Notes: generated from the sequence alone by a model not told the origin. A stretch of 63,383 nt of DNA, filler included, from Deltaproteobacteria bacterium (GCA_016202395.1; 4 parts of 4 records of this genome joined end to end with filler, not necessarily neighbours in it); one strand, 5' to 3'; counted from the first letter of the whole stretch, positions 27,851-35,159 are shown. Translations and numbers: made by a program.

Positions 27851-28900
27851 ATGAAGGTAAGGTTTGAAAAAATAGCGTTGTTATCTTTGGTCTGTGCCAT
27901 TTCCTGTCCAATGGCTCATGCCGAGATGAGCTATTTTCATGCGGATCACCTCGGTTCCACCGCCGTCGGAACAGATTCGTCTGGAGTGGTTCAGCAAGCC
28001 GAGTACTACACTCCGTTTGGAGAGATTTTAAGGGGAGAGGAAAGAGGTGAGGGGGCGACTCCCTATCTCTACACCGGTCAAGAAAAAGACTCTTCCACAG
28101 ACTTTTACTATTTTCAAGCTCGTTACTATGATCCCTTGCTGGCTCGTTTTGTCAGCGCTGATCCGTTAAAAGACGCAAAAAATCCGCAAGATTTTCATCT
28201 TTACGCCTATGCTTGGAACAATCCTTTAAAAGTAATCGACCCTTCAGGAGAGAGCGAGGAAGATCCATTGACCTTGCATCAGATCTTGAGGACCGAAATC
28301 ACTGTCGGTAAGTTTGACAAAAACCTTACTCTTATGCTGGATCCCGCGACAGAACCCCGAGAGCGTGATATTGCTCAGGGGCATGTTGATCACCTGTTGT
28401 CGGCGCGACATATTTATAGCTATGAGCCGGATCCCGTTGGAGTTACCAGCCAAATGCGTGAAAGAATCATTCAGGTTTCAGATCCGGACTTGCGCCGGGA
28501 TCTTCTTCGCAAGTTAGAGAGATCTTTAGGTGTTTACCTGGAGAGATTCACGACTCGTTACCTTAGGGTTACAGAAAAACGGGGAAGGGCAGAAGTAGGG
28601 TCGGTTGTGCTTGCAGCTTTGGTGGGAGCTTTGGTGAGTCGTCGGTTAGGACCTCCTGCCCCTCTTATCACAGAGGGCAATCTTGTTGCCTTTGTGAGGC
28701 ATTTTTATCGTTTTGGAGTTCCGGGGTTAGCTGCGGGGGGTGGAGCTGATGCGGGTTTGAGCAATAGAAAAGGGCTTTACGATTGGAAGATTGAGTATAA
28801 GAGAAGGATGTTTGGTTTGTTGGACGTTCGTCAGCAAGTAATTGAAGATCTTTACCGTGAGGAGGGGGTCCAGTATAGCAGTGGGATCCAGCTTCGGTAA
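27851..28900 (+). CDS. Rhs cartridge 2: signal peptide + Rhs core + unknown helical C-terminal domain
   Basis: MKVRFEKIALLSLVCAISCPMAHA|EMSYFHADHLGS; YTGQEKD; ARYYDP; NNPLKVIDPSG. The stop codon lies inside the boundary motif. Confidence 0.88.
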   Translation: MKVRFEKIALLSLVCAISCPMAHAEMSYFHADHLGSTAVGTDSSGVVQQAEYYTPFGEILRGEERGEGATPYLYTGQEKDSSTDFYYFQARYYDPLLARFVSADPLKDAKNPQDFHLYAYAWNNPLKVIDPSGESEEDPLTLHQILRTEITVGKFDKNLTLMLDPATEPRERDIAQGHVDHLLSARHIYSYEPDPVGVTSQMRERIIQVSDPDLRRDLLRKLERSLGVYLERFTTRYLRVTEKRGRAEVGSVVLAALVGALVSRRLGPPAPLITEGNLVAFVRHFYRFGVPGLAAGGGADAGLSNRKGLYDWKIEYKRRMFGLLDVRQQVIEDLYREEGVQYSSGIQLR

Positions 28901-28989
28901 TTCACGCGTCCTGGATTCCCGCTTGCGCGGGAATGACGGATAGATTGTCGCCACGTGGCGACAATGTATCTGGGGTCCCGTCGCGTGTT
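28883..28989 (+). repeat. Composite spacer: boundary motif + ATTCCC-N8-GGGAAT REP-like hairpin + perfect 22-bp palindrome
   Basis: GGGATCCAGCTTCGGTAATTC (28883-28903); ATTCCC-GCTTGCGC-GGGAATGACG (28915-28938); ATTGTCGCCACGTGGCGACAAT (28944-28965). Recurs at 32153-32256 and 34042-34122. Confidence 0.88.
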
Positions 28990-29012
28990 GACGAGTTGTT
29001 GGGTTTTTAATC

Positions 29013-30218
29013 ATGATGGAAAAATTTAAAAAGATAGCGTTAGGGTTTTTCGGAACTGTTTTGTGTGGACAGATGGCTCAGGCGGAGGTGAGCTATGTCC
29101 ATTCGGATCATTTGGGTTCGACGAGTGTGGCGACAAATTCAGCTGGCACGGTTCAGCAAGTGGCAATCTATTCCCCTTACGGTGCGATTTTAAGGGGAGA
29201 GGAAAGAGGTGAGGGGGCGACGGCCTATCTCTACACCGGCCAAGAACTCGACCGCGGATCGAATCTCTCCTACTACGGCGCCCGGTATTACGATCCGACG
29301 CTTTCCCGTTTCCTCAGCATTGACCTAGTTCAAGGGAACCTCCCCTACACCTATGTCAACAACAATCCAATTATTTTAATTGATCCCGACGGGAATATCC
29401 CTTTGATCCCTATTTTATTGGGTTTTGCTGTTGGTGGAATGATTGGTTTGAAATCGGATGGGGCGGACGATCCTCTCGAAGAGACGTATGATGCTAAGAG
29501 TGGAGGAGTTGGTGCAGTTGCAGGTGCAACGGGAGTCGCCGTTTTTTATACGGGAGCTCCTGCTGCACTTAGGCTTGCTGCGCGATATCCTATTCCAGCT
29601 GGGTTGCTGGGATGGGGTGGACGAGAAGCTCTGAATACCTATGAAAATGGTGGAGCTGGAGGATCAGCGTTGGCGAATGCAGCTTTTTTCGATGATCTTA
29701 TTGAATTGGTTGGACGGAATTCTTTTAGGGTTGAAGGCGCTGTGAGCGAAGGTTTAAGGGGTGGAATGTTCAGTCGAGCATCGCTGATTGGGATGGTACG
29801 GGCCGCTTTAGAGAGAAGCCCCATGTCTCGGGCTGCAGCTCAAGCTTTGATTCCAGCCATAAGAGGTCAGTTGCAGTGGATACATGGCACACGCCAAAGG
29901 GCTTTGCTAATGAATATGGGTGGTTTATTGAAACGAAACGCTCAACCTGCGTTTCGTAGAAATCCAGAACAGTTTAATGCTTTAAGGGATTCTTTCATTC
30001 AGCTTCGTCGAGGGGTTGGGGATGATGTGCCTCAGGTGACGGAAGATAATGTAGTGGAGTGGGTTTATTATGCTCTAAGCGAGGTGGAACATCTTGCAGG
30101 GCGAGAAGCTTTGACAAACTTGGGGCCGGTTGACAAGTATGTGGAGTTTGCTCAGCAATTGTCGAACGCAGTCTCTTTGCCGGAAGGTCTAACTTCCCTT
30201 CCCGGTGTTCTTCATTGA
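29013..30218 (+). CDS. Rhs cartridge 3: signal peptide + Rhs core + Gly-rich hydrophobic/helical C-terminal domain
   Basis: MMEKFKKIALGFFGTVLCGQMAQA|EVSYVHSDHLGS; GARYYDP; NNPIILIDPDG (DPDG 29382-29393). Confidence 0.88.
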   Translation: MMEKFKKIALGFFGTVLCGQMAQAEVSYVHSDHLGSTSVATNSAGTVQQVAIYSPYGAILRGEERGEGATAYLYTGQELDRGSNLSYYGARYYDPTLSRFLSIDLVQGNLPYTYVNNNPIILIDPDGNIPLIPILLGFAVGGMIGLKSDGADDPLEETYDAKSGGVGAVAGATGVAVFYTGAPAALRLAARYPIPAGLLGWGGREALNTYENGGAGGSALANAAFFDDLIELVGRNSFRVEGAVSEGLRGGMFSRASLIGMVRAALERSPMSRAAAQALIPAIRGQLQWIHGTRQRALLMNMGGLLKRNAQPAFRRNPEQFNALRDSFIQLRRGVGDDVPQVTEDNVVEWVYYALSEVEHLAGREALTNLGPVDKYVEFAQQLSNAVSLPEGLTSLPGVLH

Positions 30219-30276
30219 TGATCAAACAAAGGAGAATGGGGTCCGGCTTCGGTAATTCGGTATTGAGGGAGAGTGC

Positions 30277-30312
30277 ATGAAACGATGGTTTGTGGGCGCC
30301 GGGTTGGCTTGA
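30277..30312 (+). pseudogene. Remnant of a cartridge signal peptide (MKRWFVGAGLA*)
   Basis: Follows the duplicated 57-bp leader; its TGA stop lies in the -35 box of the downstream TA promoter. Confidence 0.7.
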
Positions 30313-30340
30313 CTTTATGACCAGACCAGACTAGACTAGA
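30309..30340 (+). promoter_or_regulatory. Sigma70-like promoter of the phd-vapC module with short tandem repeats
   Basis: TTGACT-N17-TAGACT overlapping CCAGA CCAGA CTAGA CTAGA. Confidence 0.6.
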
Positions 30341-30360
30341 AAATAGAGGACACAAGATTT

Positions 30361-30597
30361 ATGTACATTACAAACATCTCTGAGGCCAAGGCTCAGCTAT
30401 CGGCCCTGATCGAGAAGGTGTTGGCCGGCGCTGAAATCATCATTGGGAAGGCGGGCAAACCTGTGGCTAAGCTTATTCCCTATCGACGCAGTGAGGTTCC
30501 GCGCAGGCCAGGGGCTCTCAAAGGAAAGATTAAAATAGCCAAGGATTTTGACCTACTGCCTAAAGATATCGCTCTCTCTTTTGGGGCGGAAGAATGA
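30361..30597 (+). CDS. Phd/YefM-family antitoxin
   Basis: NISEAKAQLSALIE...GKPVAKL...R.PG.LKG signature. Confidence 0.92.
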   Translation: MYITNISEAKAQLSALIEKVLAGAEIIIGKAGKPVAKLIPYRRSEVPRRPGALKGKIKIAKDFDLLPKDIALSFGAEE

Positions 30598-30971
30598 ACC
30601 TCCTTTTGGATACGCATATTCTGTTGTGGTGGTTGGACGATCATCCAGGGTTGTCTGAGAGGGAACGGCGTGCAATCGGTGATGGAGAGAACAGCGTGTG
30701 GGTGAGCACTGCGGTAATTTGGGAGGTTCGTATAAAACAGGCCCTCGGCAAACTCACTCTTCCTTCCAGCTTTCGCACCGTGTTGGAGGAGGAACCGTTT
30801 TTGAGTCTCGATGTCACGTCGGAACATGCCCATGCAGTTTATGAACTCCCAATGCATCATCGGGATCCTTTTGACCGGATGCTCATTGCGCAGGCTCAGG
30901 TGGAGCGATTTACGCTCGTCACCCACGATCCTTTCTTCAAAAAATATGACATCGATGTTATGGAAGTTTAA
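30594..30971 (+). CDS. vapC: PIN-domain VapC toxin
   Basis: LLDTHILLW, WE, HRDPFDRMLIAQA, LVTHD. Confidence 0.93.
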   Translation: MNLLLDTHILLWWLDDHPGLSERERRAIGDGENSVWVSTAVIWEVRIKQALGKLTLPSSFRTVLEEEPFLSLDVTSEHAHAVYELPMHHRDPFDRMLIAQAQVERFTLVTHDPFFKKYDIDVMEV

Positions 30972-32147
30972 ATGAATCAAATGGGGCGATGGTTTGCACA
31001 AGGTGGATTGGTCTTCTTGCTCTTAGGGCAAGGAGTTTATGCCGAGGTGAGCTATTTTCATTCGGATCATTTGGGCTCAACGAGTGTGACGACGAATTCG
31101 GCGGGCGCGGTTCAGCAGATCGAGTACTACACTCCGTTTGGAGAGATTTTAAGGGGAGAGGAAAGAGGTGAGGAGGCGACTCCCTATCTCTACACCGGCC
31201 AAGAACTCGATTCTGAAAGCGCCCTTTATTATTTGGGAGCCCGTTATGTCGATACGCAGATGGGGCGATTTCTTTCTGCGGACCCGATTCAAAGGTTTTC
31301 TCCCTATGCTTATGTATTGAATAACCCGATTCGCCTTGTCGATCCGGATGGCAATGCAGCAGAAGAGTCCGGAATGGCTCCCACTCCAGAGCCCACTCCC
31401 GACCCAGTGCCCACTCCAAGCCCCTATCCAGGTTATCAAGAACCCACTGACAGAGAGGTAGCCGTAACAGGGTTACTTGTTGCTGCTCCTTTTGCTGCTG
31501 TAGGCGCAGTTTATACTTGGCCTTATATCGCGGCGGCTGGAGAATCTATTATGGGGGGTGTGATTGGGTATTTTCTTCGACATTCCGGTCCGTTGATTCT
31601 AGGAGGGGAAGTGGTGCGACGAGCAGCGGCTCGGTCTCCAATTCCCGATTTGGGTGTTCTTTCAAGTCGGGTGACCGCGCTTGAACAGCGAATGGCTGCC
31701 CTGCAAAGTGAGCTTGAAGCGGGCATACGCACTGCTCAACAATCTCAAGACGTGTTAGCTTTGATAGATCAGTTTACCGGTGTGCTTAGAGGCGTTACTT
31801 CTTTATTGAATAGCACCGTAGGGCAACGGGGTTTTGATTTCGGAGCGGTGGCCGAGCGTCTAGCCCGCAATCCGCGACTGTTCCAAGGCATTCAAGGTAT
31901 TTTGGGCAGTACCCCCATTAATCCGGCTGATCAGGCTATTATGGCTGTTAATGCTGCTCCAGAGGCAATAGCGCTCGGTCGTATTATCGAACGGCTTTCA
32001 GCGTATAGTCAATATAATATTCCTGGCATTATAGAAGCGGCTCGGACAAATCCACGTTTTCTAGAAGCTACTGTGCAACTTCTCGGTAAAGATGCACAGC
32101 TCGTTGCATCGGTTGAAAGGCTGATGCAGAAAGGCCCTCTTCATTAA
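30972..32147 (+). CDS. Rhs cartridge 4: signal peptide + Rhs core + Pro/Thr linker, TM segment and coiled-coil C-terminal domain
   Basis: MNQMGRWFAQGGLVFLLLGQGVYA|EVSYFHSDHLGS; GARYVD; NNPIRLVDPDG; PTPEPTPDPVPTPSP. Confidence 0.88.
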   Translation: MNQMGRWFAQGGLVFLLLGQGVYAEVSYFHSDHLGSTSVTTNSAGAVQQIEYYTPFGEILRGEERGEEATPYLYTGQELDSESALYYLGARYVDTQMGRFLSADPIQRFSPYAYVLNNPIRLVDPDGNAAEESGMAPTPEPTPDPVPTPSPYPGYQEPTDREVAVTGLLVAAPFAAVGAVYTWPYIAAAGESIMGGVIGYFLRHSGPLILGGEVVRRAAARSPIPDLGVLSSRVTALEQRMAALQSELEAGIRTAQQSQDVLALIDQFTGVLRGVTSLLNSTVGQRGFDFGAVAERLARNPRLFQGIQGILGSTPINPADQAIMAVNAAPEAIALGRIIERLSAYSQYNIPGIIEAARTNPRFLEATVQLLGKDAQLVASVERLMQKGPLH

Positions 32148-32152
32148 GAAAT

Positions 32153-32256
32153 GGAGTCCGGCTTCGGCAATTCAGGAGTCATCCCCGTTTGCACGGGAAT
32201 GACGGATAGATTGTTGCCACGTGGCGACAATGTAACTGGGGCCCCGTCGCGTGTTG
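32153..32256 (+). repeat. Composite spacer copy 2
   Basis: GGAGTCCGGCTTCGGCAATTC; GTCATCCCCGTTTGCACGGGAATGAC hairpin (32178-32203); ATTGTTGCCACGTGGCGACAAT (32210-32231, one mismatch). Confidence 0.88.
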
Positions 32257-32330
32257 GCAAGTGGTGTGAGGCTTGCCCTGTTGCATCTATTTTCATGATT
32301 TGGTAAGATTTATCTAGAGGAGGTAAGATT

Positions 32331-32561
32331 ATGGCAAGGGTAGAAGCATTCGCCACGAAAATTCCGGTCAATTTGAAGCAGGCTCTAGATCAAGTCTGTG
32401 AGAAGCTTGGCCTGCGCAAAAACTTTGTGGTGGAATCGGCGCTACGAGAAAAAATCGAGGATCTCCGAGACACCTACGATCTCGAACAAGCCATGGGTGA
32501 AGCCACAGGTTTTCACTCCTGGGAAAAGGTTAAGAAAGAACTGGGGCTCCCCAAAAAATGA
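32331..32561 (+). CDS. RHH/CopG-like antitoxin
   Basis: Short RHH-like N-terminus and SWEKVKKELG tail; TTGCAT-N17-TAAGAT promoter at 32281-32309; coupled to relE. Confidence 0.8.
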   Translation: MARVEAFATKIPVNLKQALDQVCEKLGLRKNFVVESALREKIEDLRDTYDLEQAMGEATGFHSWEKVKKELGLPKK

Positions 32562-32812
32562 GATATCCTGTTGAACTCGAAAATCGGGCCAGGCGAGAGT
32601 TCCTAGACCTCCCCGAAGAAGTGCAACGAAGGCTATCACAGGCTTTGGACGATCTGGAAGTCAATCCTCGTCCCCCAGGAGCCAAAAAACTTACGGGTAA
32701 AGAAGGGTACCGTATCCGCAAAGGGGATTACCGGATCCTCTACACCATTGACGACTCAGAGCGTCTTGTAAGAGTTTATAGGATTGGCCATCGCCGTGAG
32801 ATCTATCGTTAA
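32558..32812 (+). CDS. relE: RelE/ParE-family toxin
   Basis: NPRPPGAKKL, YRIRKGDYRILY, IGHRREIYR. Confidence 0.93.
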   Translation: MRYPVELENRARREFLDLPEEVQRRLSQALDDLEVNPRPPGAKKLTGKEGYRIRKGDYRILYTIDDSERLVRVYRIGHRREIYR

Positions 32813-32818
32813 AGAAAC

Positions 32819-32951
32819 GGGGTCAGACTTCGGTATGGGGTGTCATCCCCGCGAAAGCGGGAATCCCGTCATTCCCACGAAAGTGGGAATCCAGTACTGG
32901 ATCCCCGCTTCCGCGGGGATGACGGGTTCTCCCGTTTGCACGGGAATGACG
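32819..32951. repeat. Boundary motif followed by four CGTC-type REP-like units in head-to-head arrangement
   Basis: GGGGTCAGACTTCGGTA; TGTCATCCCCGCGAAAGCGGGAATCC; CGTCATTCCCACGAAAGTGGGAATCCAG; then two inverted units ending in ATGACG, centred on CCAGTACTGG. Confidence 0.88.
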
Positions 32952-32994
32952 GATGGGAGCCCTTTGCGGTCAACTTACAGATGAGGGTTGTTCA

Positions 32995-34029
32995 ATGATA
33001 CGATGGAGTTTCATTTTTGCGTTGTGTTTTGGCATGGCTCATGCCGAGGTGAGCTATTTTCACTCGGATCATTTGGGCTCAACGAGTGTGACGACGAATT
33101 CGGCGGGCGCGGTACAGCAGATCGAGTACTACACTCCGTTTGGAGAGATTTTAAGGGGAGAGGAAAGAGGTGAGGGGGCGACTCCCTATCTCTACACCGC
33201 CCAAGAACTCGACCGCGACTCTGAACTATTCTATTACAACGCCCGGTACTATGATCCTTCTTTAGCCCGTTTTTACTCTCGGGATCCTCTCTTTAAAACC
33301 AGCCCCCAAAAACTCAATCCCTATCTTTATGTGGGAGGCAATCCCTGTCGATTCACCGATCCTTCGGGAGAGGATTGGAGGGATGTTGTAAGCGGGGCTT
33401 GGGACGAGACGAAGTACATTCTCTCCGAAGGAACGATTTTACCCCGTGGGCCTGCCAAGGGGGTCGATGTCGAGGATTACGAGAGGGGTCGTTTAGCTGC
33501 CCGTGCAGCTATGGCTACGAAAGGGGTTGCTGAGATTACGGGTGGGATCGTTTTGATTGGAGGGGGAGTTGGTCTTGAGGTGGGATCGCTCGGCACGGGA
33601 ACTTTGGTTGCCACAGGCGCAGTCGTTGTTGGGAGTGTTTTGGTGAGGGATGGGGCTGCAAACATCGGTATAGCTGCAGTCGAGTCGATGAATTCTTACA
33701 TGAAATCCCACGAAGCTCCCGGACCTTCTGGAAAATCGGTTAGGGATGGGCACAGCTTGCAGTGGGAGACAGAAGGAAAGTTTCCTGAGGAGCTTGACTA
33801 CGAGGGTGAGAGAATTGGTCAAATGAGGGAAACAAGTTCCCGAGCGAGAAAAGAATTGGATCAGGCCCGTCGTTCCTTCGAGGCATATCCTGATGACAGC
33901 ACTTGGCAAGGACTCCAGAAATCGATACGTCGCGCAAGGGAGTTATCTCCTTCGTTGCGTGCGGGGCCTCGGGAGGCTCTAGAGACAGCGATTGGCGATG
34001 CGGAAATGGCATTGAGGGCGCAAGAATGA
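32995..34029 (+). CDS. Rhs cartridge 5: signal peptide + Rhs core + glycine-zipper-like segment and small C-terminal domain
   Basis: MIRWSFIFALCFGMAHA|EVSYFHSDHLGS (GAGGG RBS upstream); NARYYDP; GNPCRFTDPSG; GGIVLIGGGVGLEVGSLGTGTLVATGAVVVG. Confidence 0.88.
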   Translation: MIRWSFIFALCFGMAHAEVSYFHSDHLGSTSVTTNSAGAVQQIEYYTPFGEILRGEERGEGATPYLYTAQELDRDSELFYYNARYYDPSLARFYSRDPLFKTSPQKLNPYLYVGGNPCRFTDPSGEDWRDVVSGAWDETKYILSEGTILPRGPAKGVDVEDYERGRLAARAAMATKGVAEITGGIVLIGGGVGLEVGSLGTGTLVATGAVVVGSVLVRDGAANIGIAAVESMNSYMKSHEAPGPSGKSVRDGHSLQWETEGKFPEELDYEGERIGQMRETSSRARKELDQARRSFEAYPDDSTWQGLQKSIRRARELSPSLRAGPREALETAIGDAEMALRAQE

Positions 34030-34041
34030 GATGTAGGAAAG

Positions 34042-34122
34042 GGGGTTAGGCTTTGGTCATTCAAGAGTCATCCCCGCTTTCGCAGGAATGACGGATAGAT
34101 TGTCGCCACGTGGCGACAATCT
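34042..34122 (+). repeat. Composite spacer copy 3 (end of array)
   Basis: GGGGTTAGGCTTTGGTCATTC; GTCATCCCCGCTTTCGCAGGAATGAC; perfect 26-bp palindrome AGATTGTCGCCACGTGGCGACAATCT (34097-34122). Confidence 0.88.
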
Positions 34123-34130
34123 TCGGTATT

Positions 34131-35159
34131 TTAAGGGATGAGCAGAATCTTGCCGAACTGCTTTTTATCTTCCATGTATTTTTGGGCGGAGGCGGCCTCT
34201 TGGAGAGGGAAAATTTTATCGACCACGGCCCGCAACCGTTTCTCCTCAAAACGTTTTAGCACCTCCAACAGCTCCGATTTGGCCCCCATGTAAGAGCCCA
34301 GGATAGAAATCTTGCGCGAGAAAACCCATCGAATATCGAGGGTGGCCTCTGGGCCGGTGGTCGCTCCACAAGTAACCAATCGACCATTTTTCGCGAGTGA
34401 CCGAATACTTTTCTCCCACGTAGCAGGCCCCACATGTTCAAACACCACATCGACACCTCGCCCTCCGGTCCACGCTTTGGCCTCTTTTACAATATCATCG
34501 GTGTAGTGGTTGAGGGTTTCATCGGCCCCGAGCCCTCGACATTTTTGAAGTTTCTCTTCGCTTCCCGCTGTCGTTATCACTTGGGCTCCAAGAAGTTTGG
34601 CCAATTGGATCGCGGCGATCCCAACGCCGCTGCCTCCACCAATAATTAAAACCTTTTCAAACGGTTTGAGCTTGGCGCGCGTGACCAGCATGTGCCACGC
34701 CGTCAAAAAAACTAACGGCACCGAGGCAGCCTCTTCAAACGTGAGACCGGTCGGAATCGGCAGAGCGTTTACGGCGGGAACTTTCACGTATTCCGCATAA
34801 CCTCCATCGATCTGATAGCCAACCAGTTGATAGAGATCGCAAGAGTTATCAAGCCCTTGAAGACACATCTCGCATCGGCCACAGCTAATGCCGGGGGCCA
34901 CAAGAACCCGTTCCCCTTTTCGAAGATGCGCCACGGCCTCCCCTTTTTCAACAATCTCTCCGGCGGCATCATTCCCGCTAATATGGGGGAGAGGAATCTT
35001 CACAAACGGTAGACCTTGGCGCACCCAAATGTCCAGATGATTCAAAGCGCAAGCCTTCACACGGATCAGAACATCGTTCGGCCCGATCTTAGGCTCTGGA
35101 GCCTCTTCATATTTTAAGACTTCGGCTCCGCCATGTTGATGAAATCGCACCGCTTTCAT
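34131..35159 (-). CDS. Zinc-binding MDR alcohol dehydrogenase / quinone oxidoreductase
   Basis: MKAVRF, ALNHLD, CGRCEMC...C structural zinc site, GGGSGVG, FGKILL; start at 35159 overlaps the HEPN stop. Confidence 0.92.
   Translation of the reverse strand: MKAVRFHQHGGAEVLKYEEAPEPKIGPNDVLIRVKACALNHLDIWVRQGLPFVKIPLPHISGNDAAGEIVEKGEAVAHLRKGERVLVAPGISCGRCEMCLQGLDNSCDLYQLVGYQIDGGYAEYVKVPAVNALPIPTGLTFEEAASVPLVFLTAWHMLVTRAKLKPFEKVLIIGGGSGVGIAAIQLAKLLGAQVITTAGSEEKLQKCRGLGADETLNHYTDDIVKEAKAWTGGRGVDVVFEHVGPATWEKSIRSLAKNGRLVTCGATTGPEATLDIRWVFSRKISILGSYMGAKSELLEVLKRFEEKRLRAVVDKIFPLQEAASAQKYMEDKKQFGKILLIP

Noticed and set aside
31041..33212. Diversity-generating retroelement TR/VR pair
   Set aside because: No reverse transcriptase, the mismatches are not confined to adenines, and both copies are conserved coding cores.
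26676..34062. CRISPR array from the 21-bp repeats or REP cluster
   Set aside because: Repeats are degenerate and separated by whole genes rather than 30-40-bp spacers; no cas genes.
25509..34122. Integron cassette array
   Set aside because: No intI in the window, and I found no RYYYAAC...GTTRRRY attC ends; the spacers use different motifs. The missing flank is unseen.
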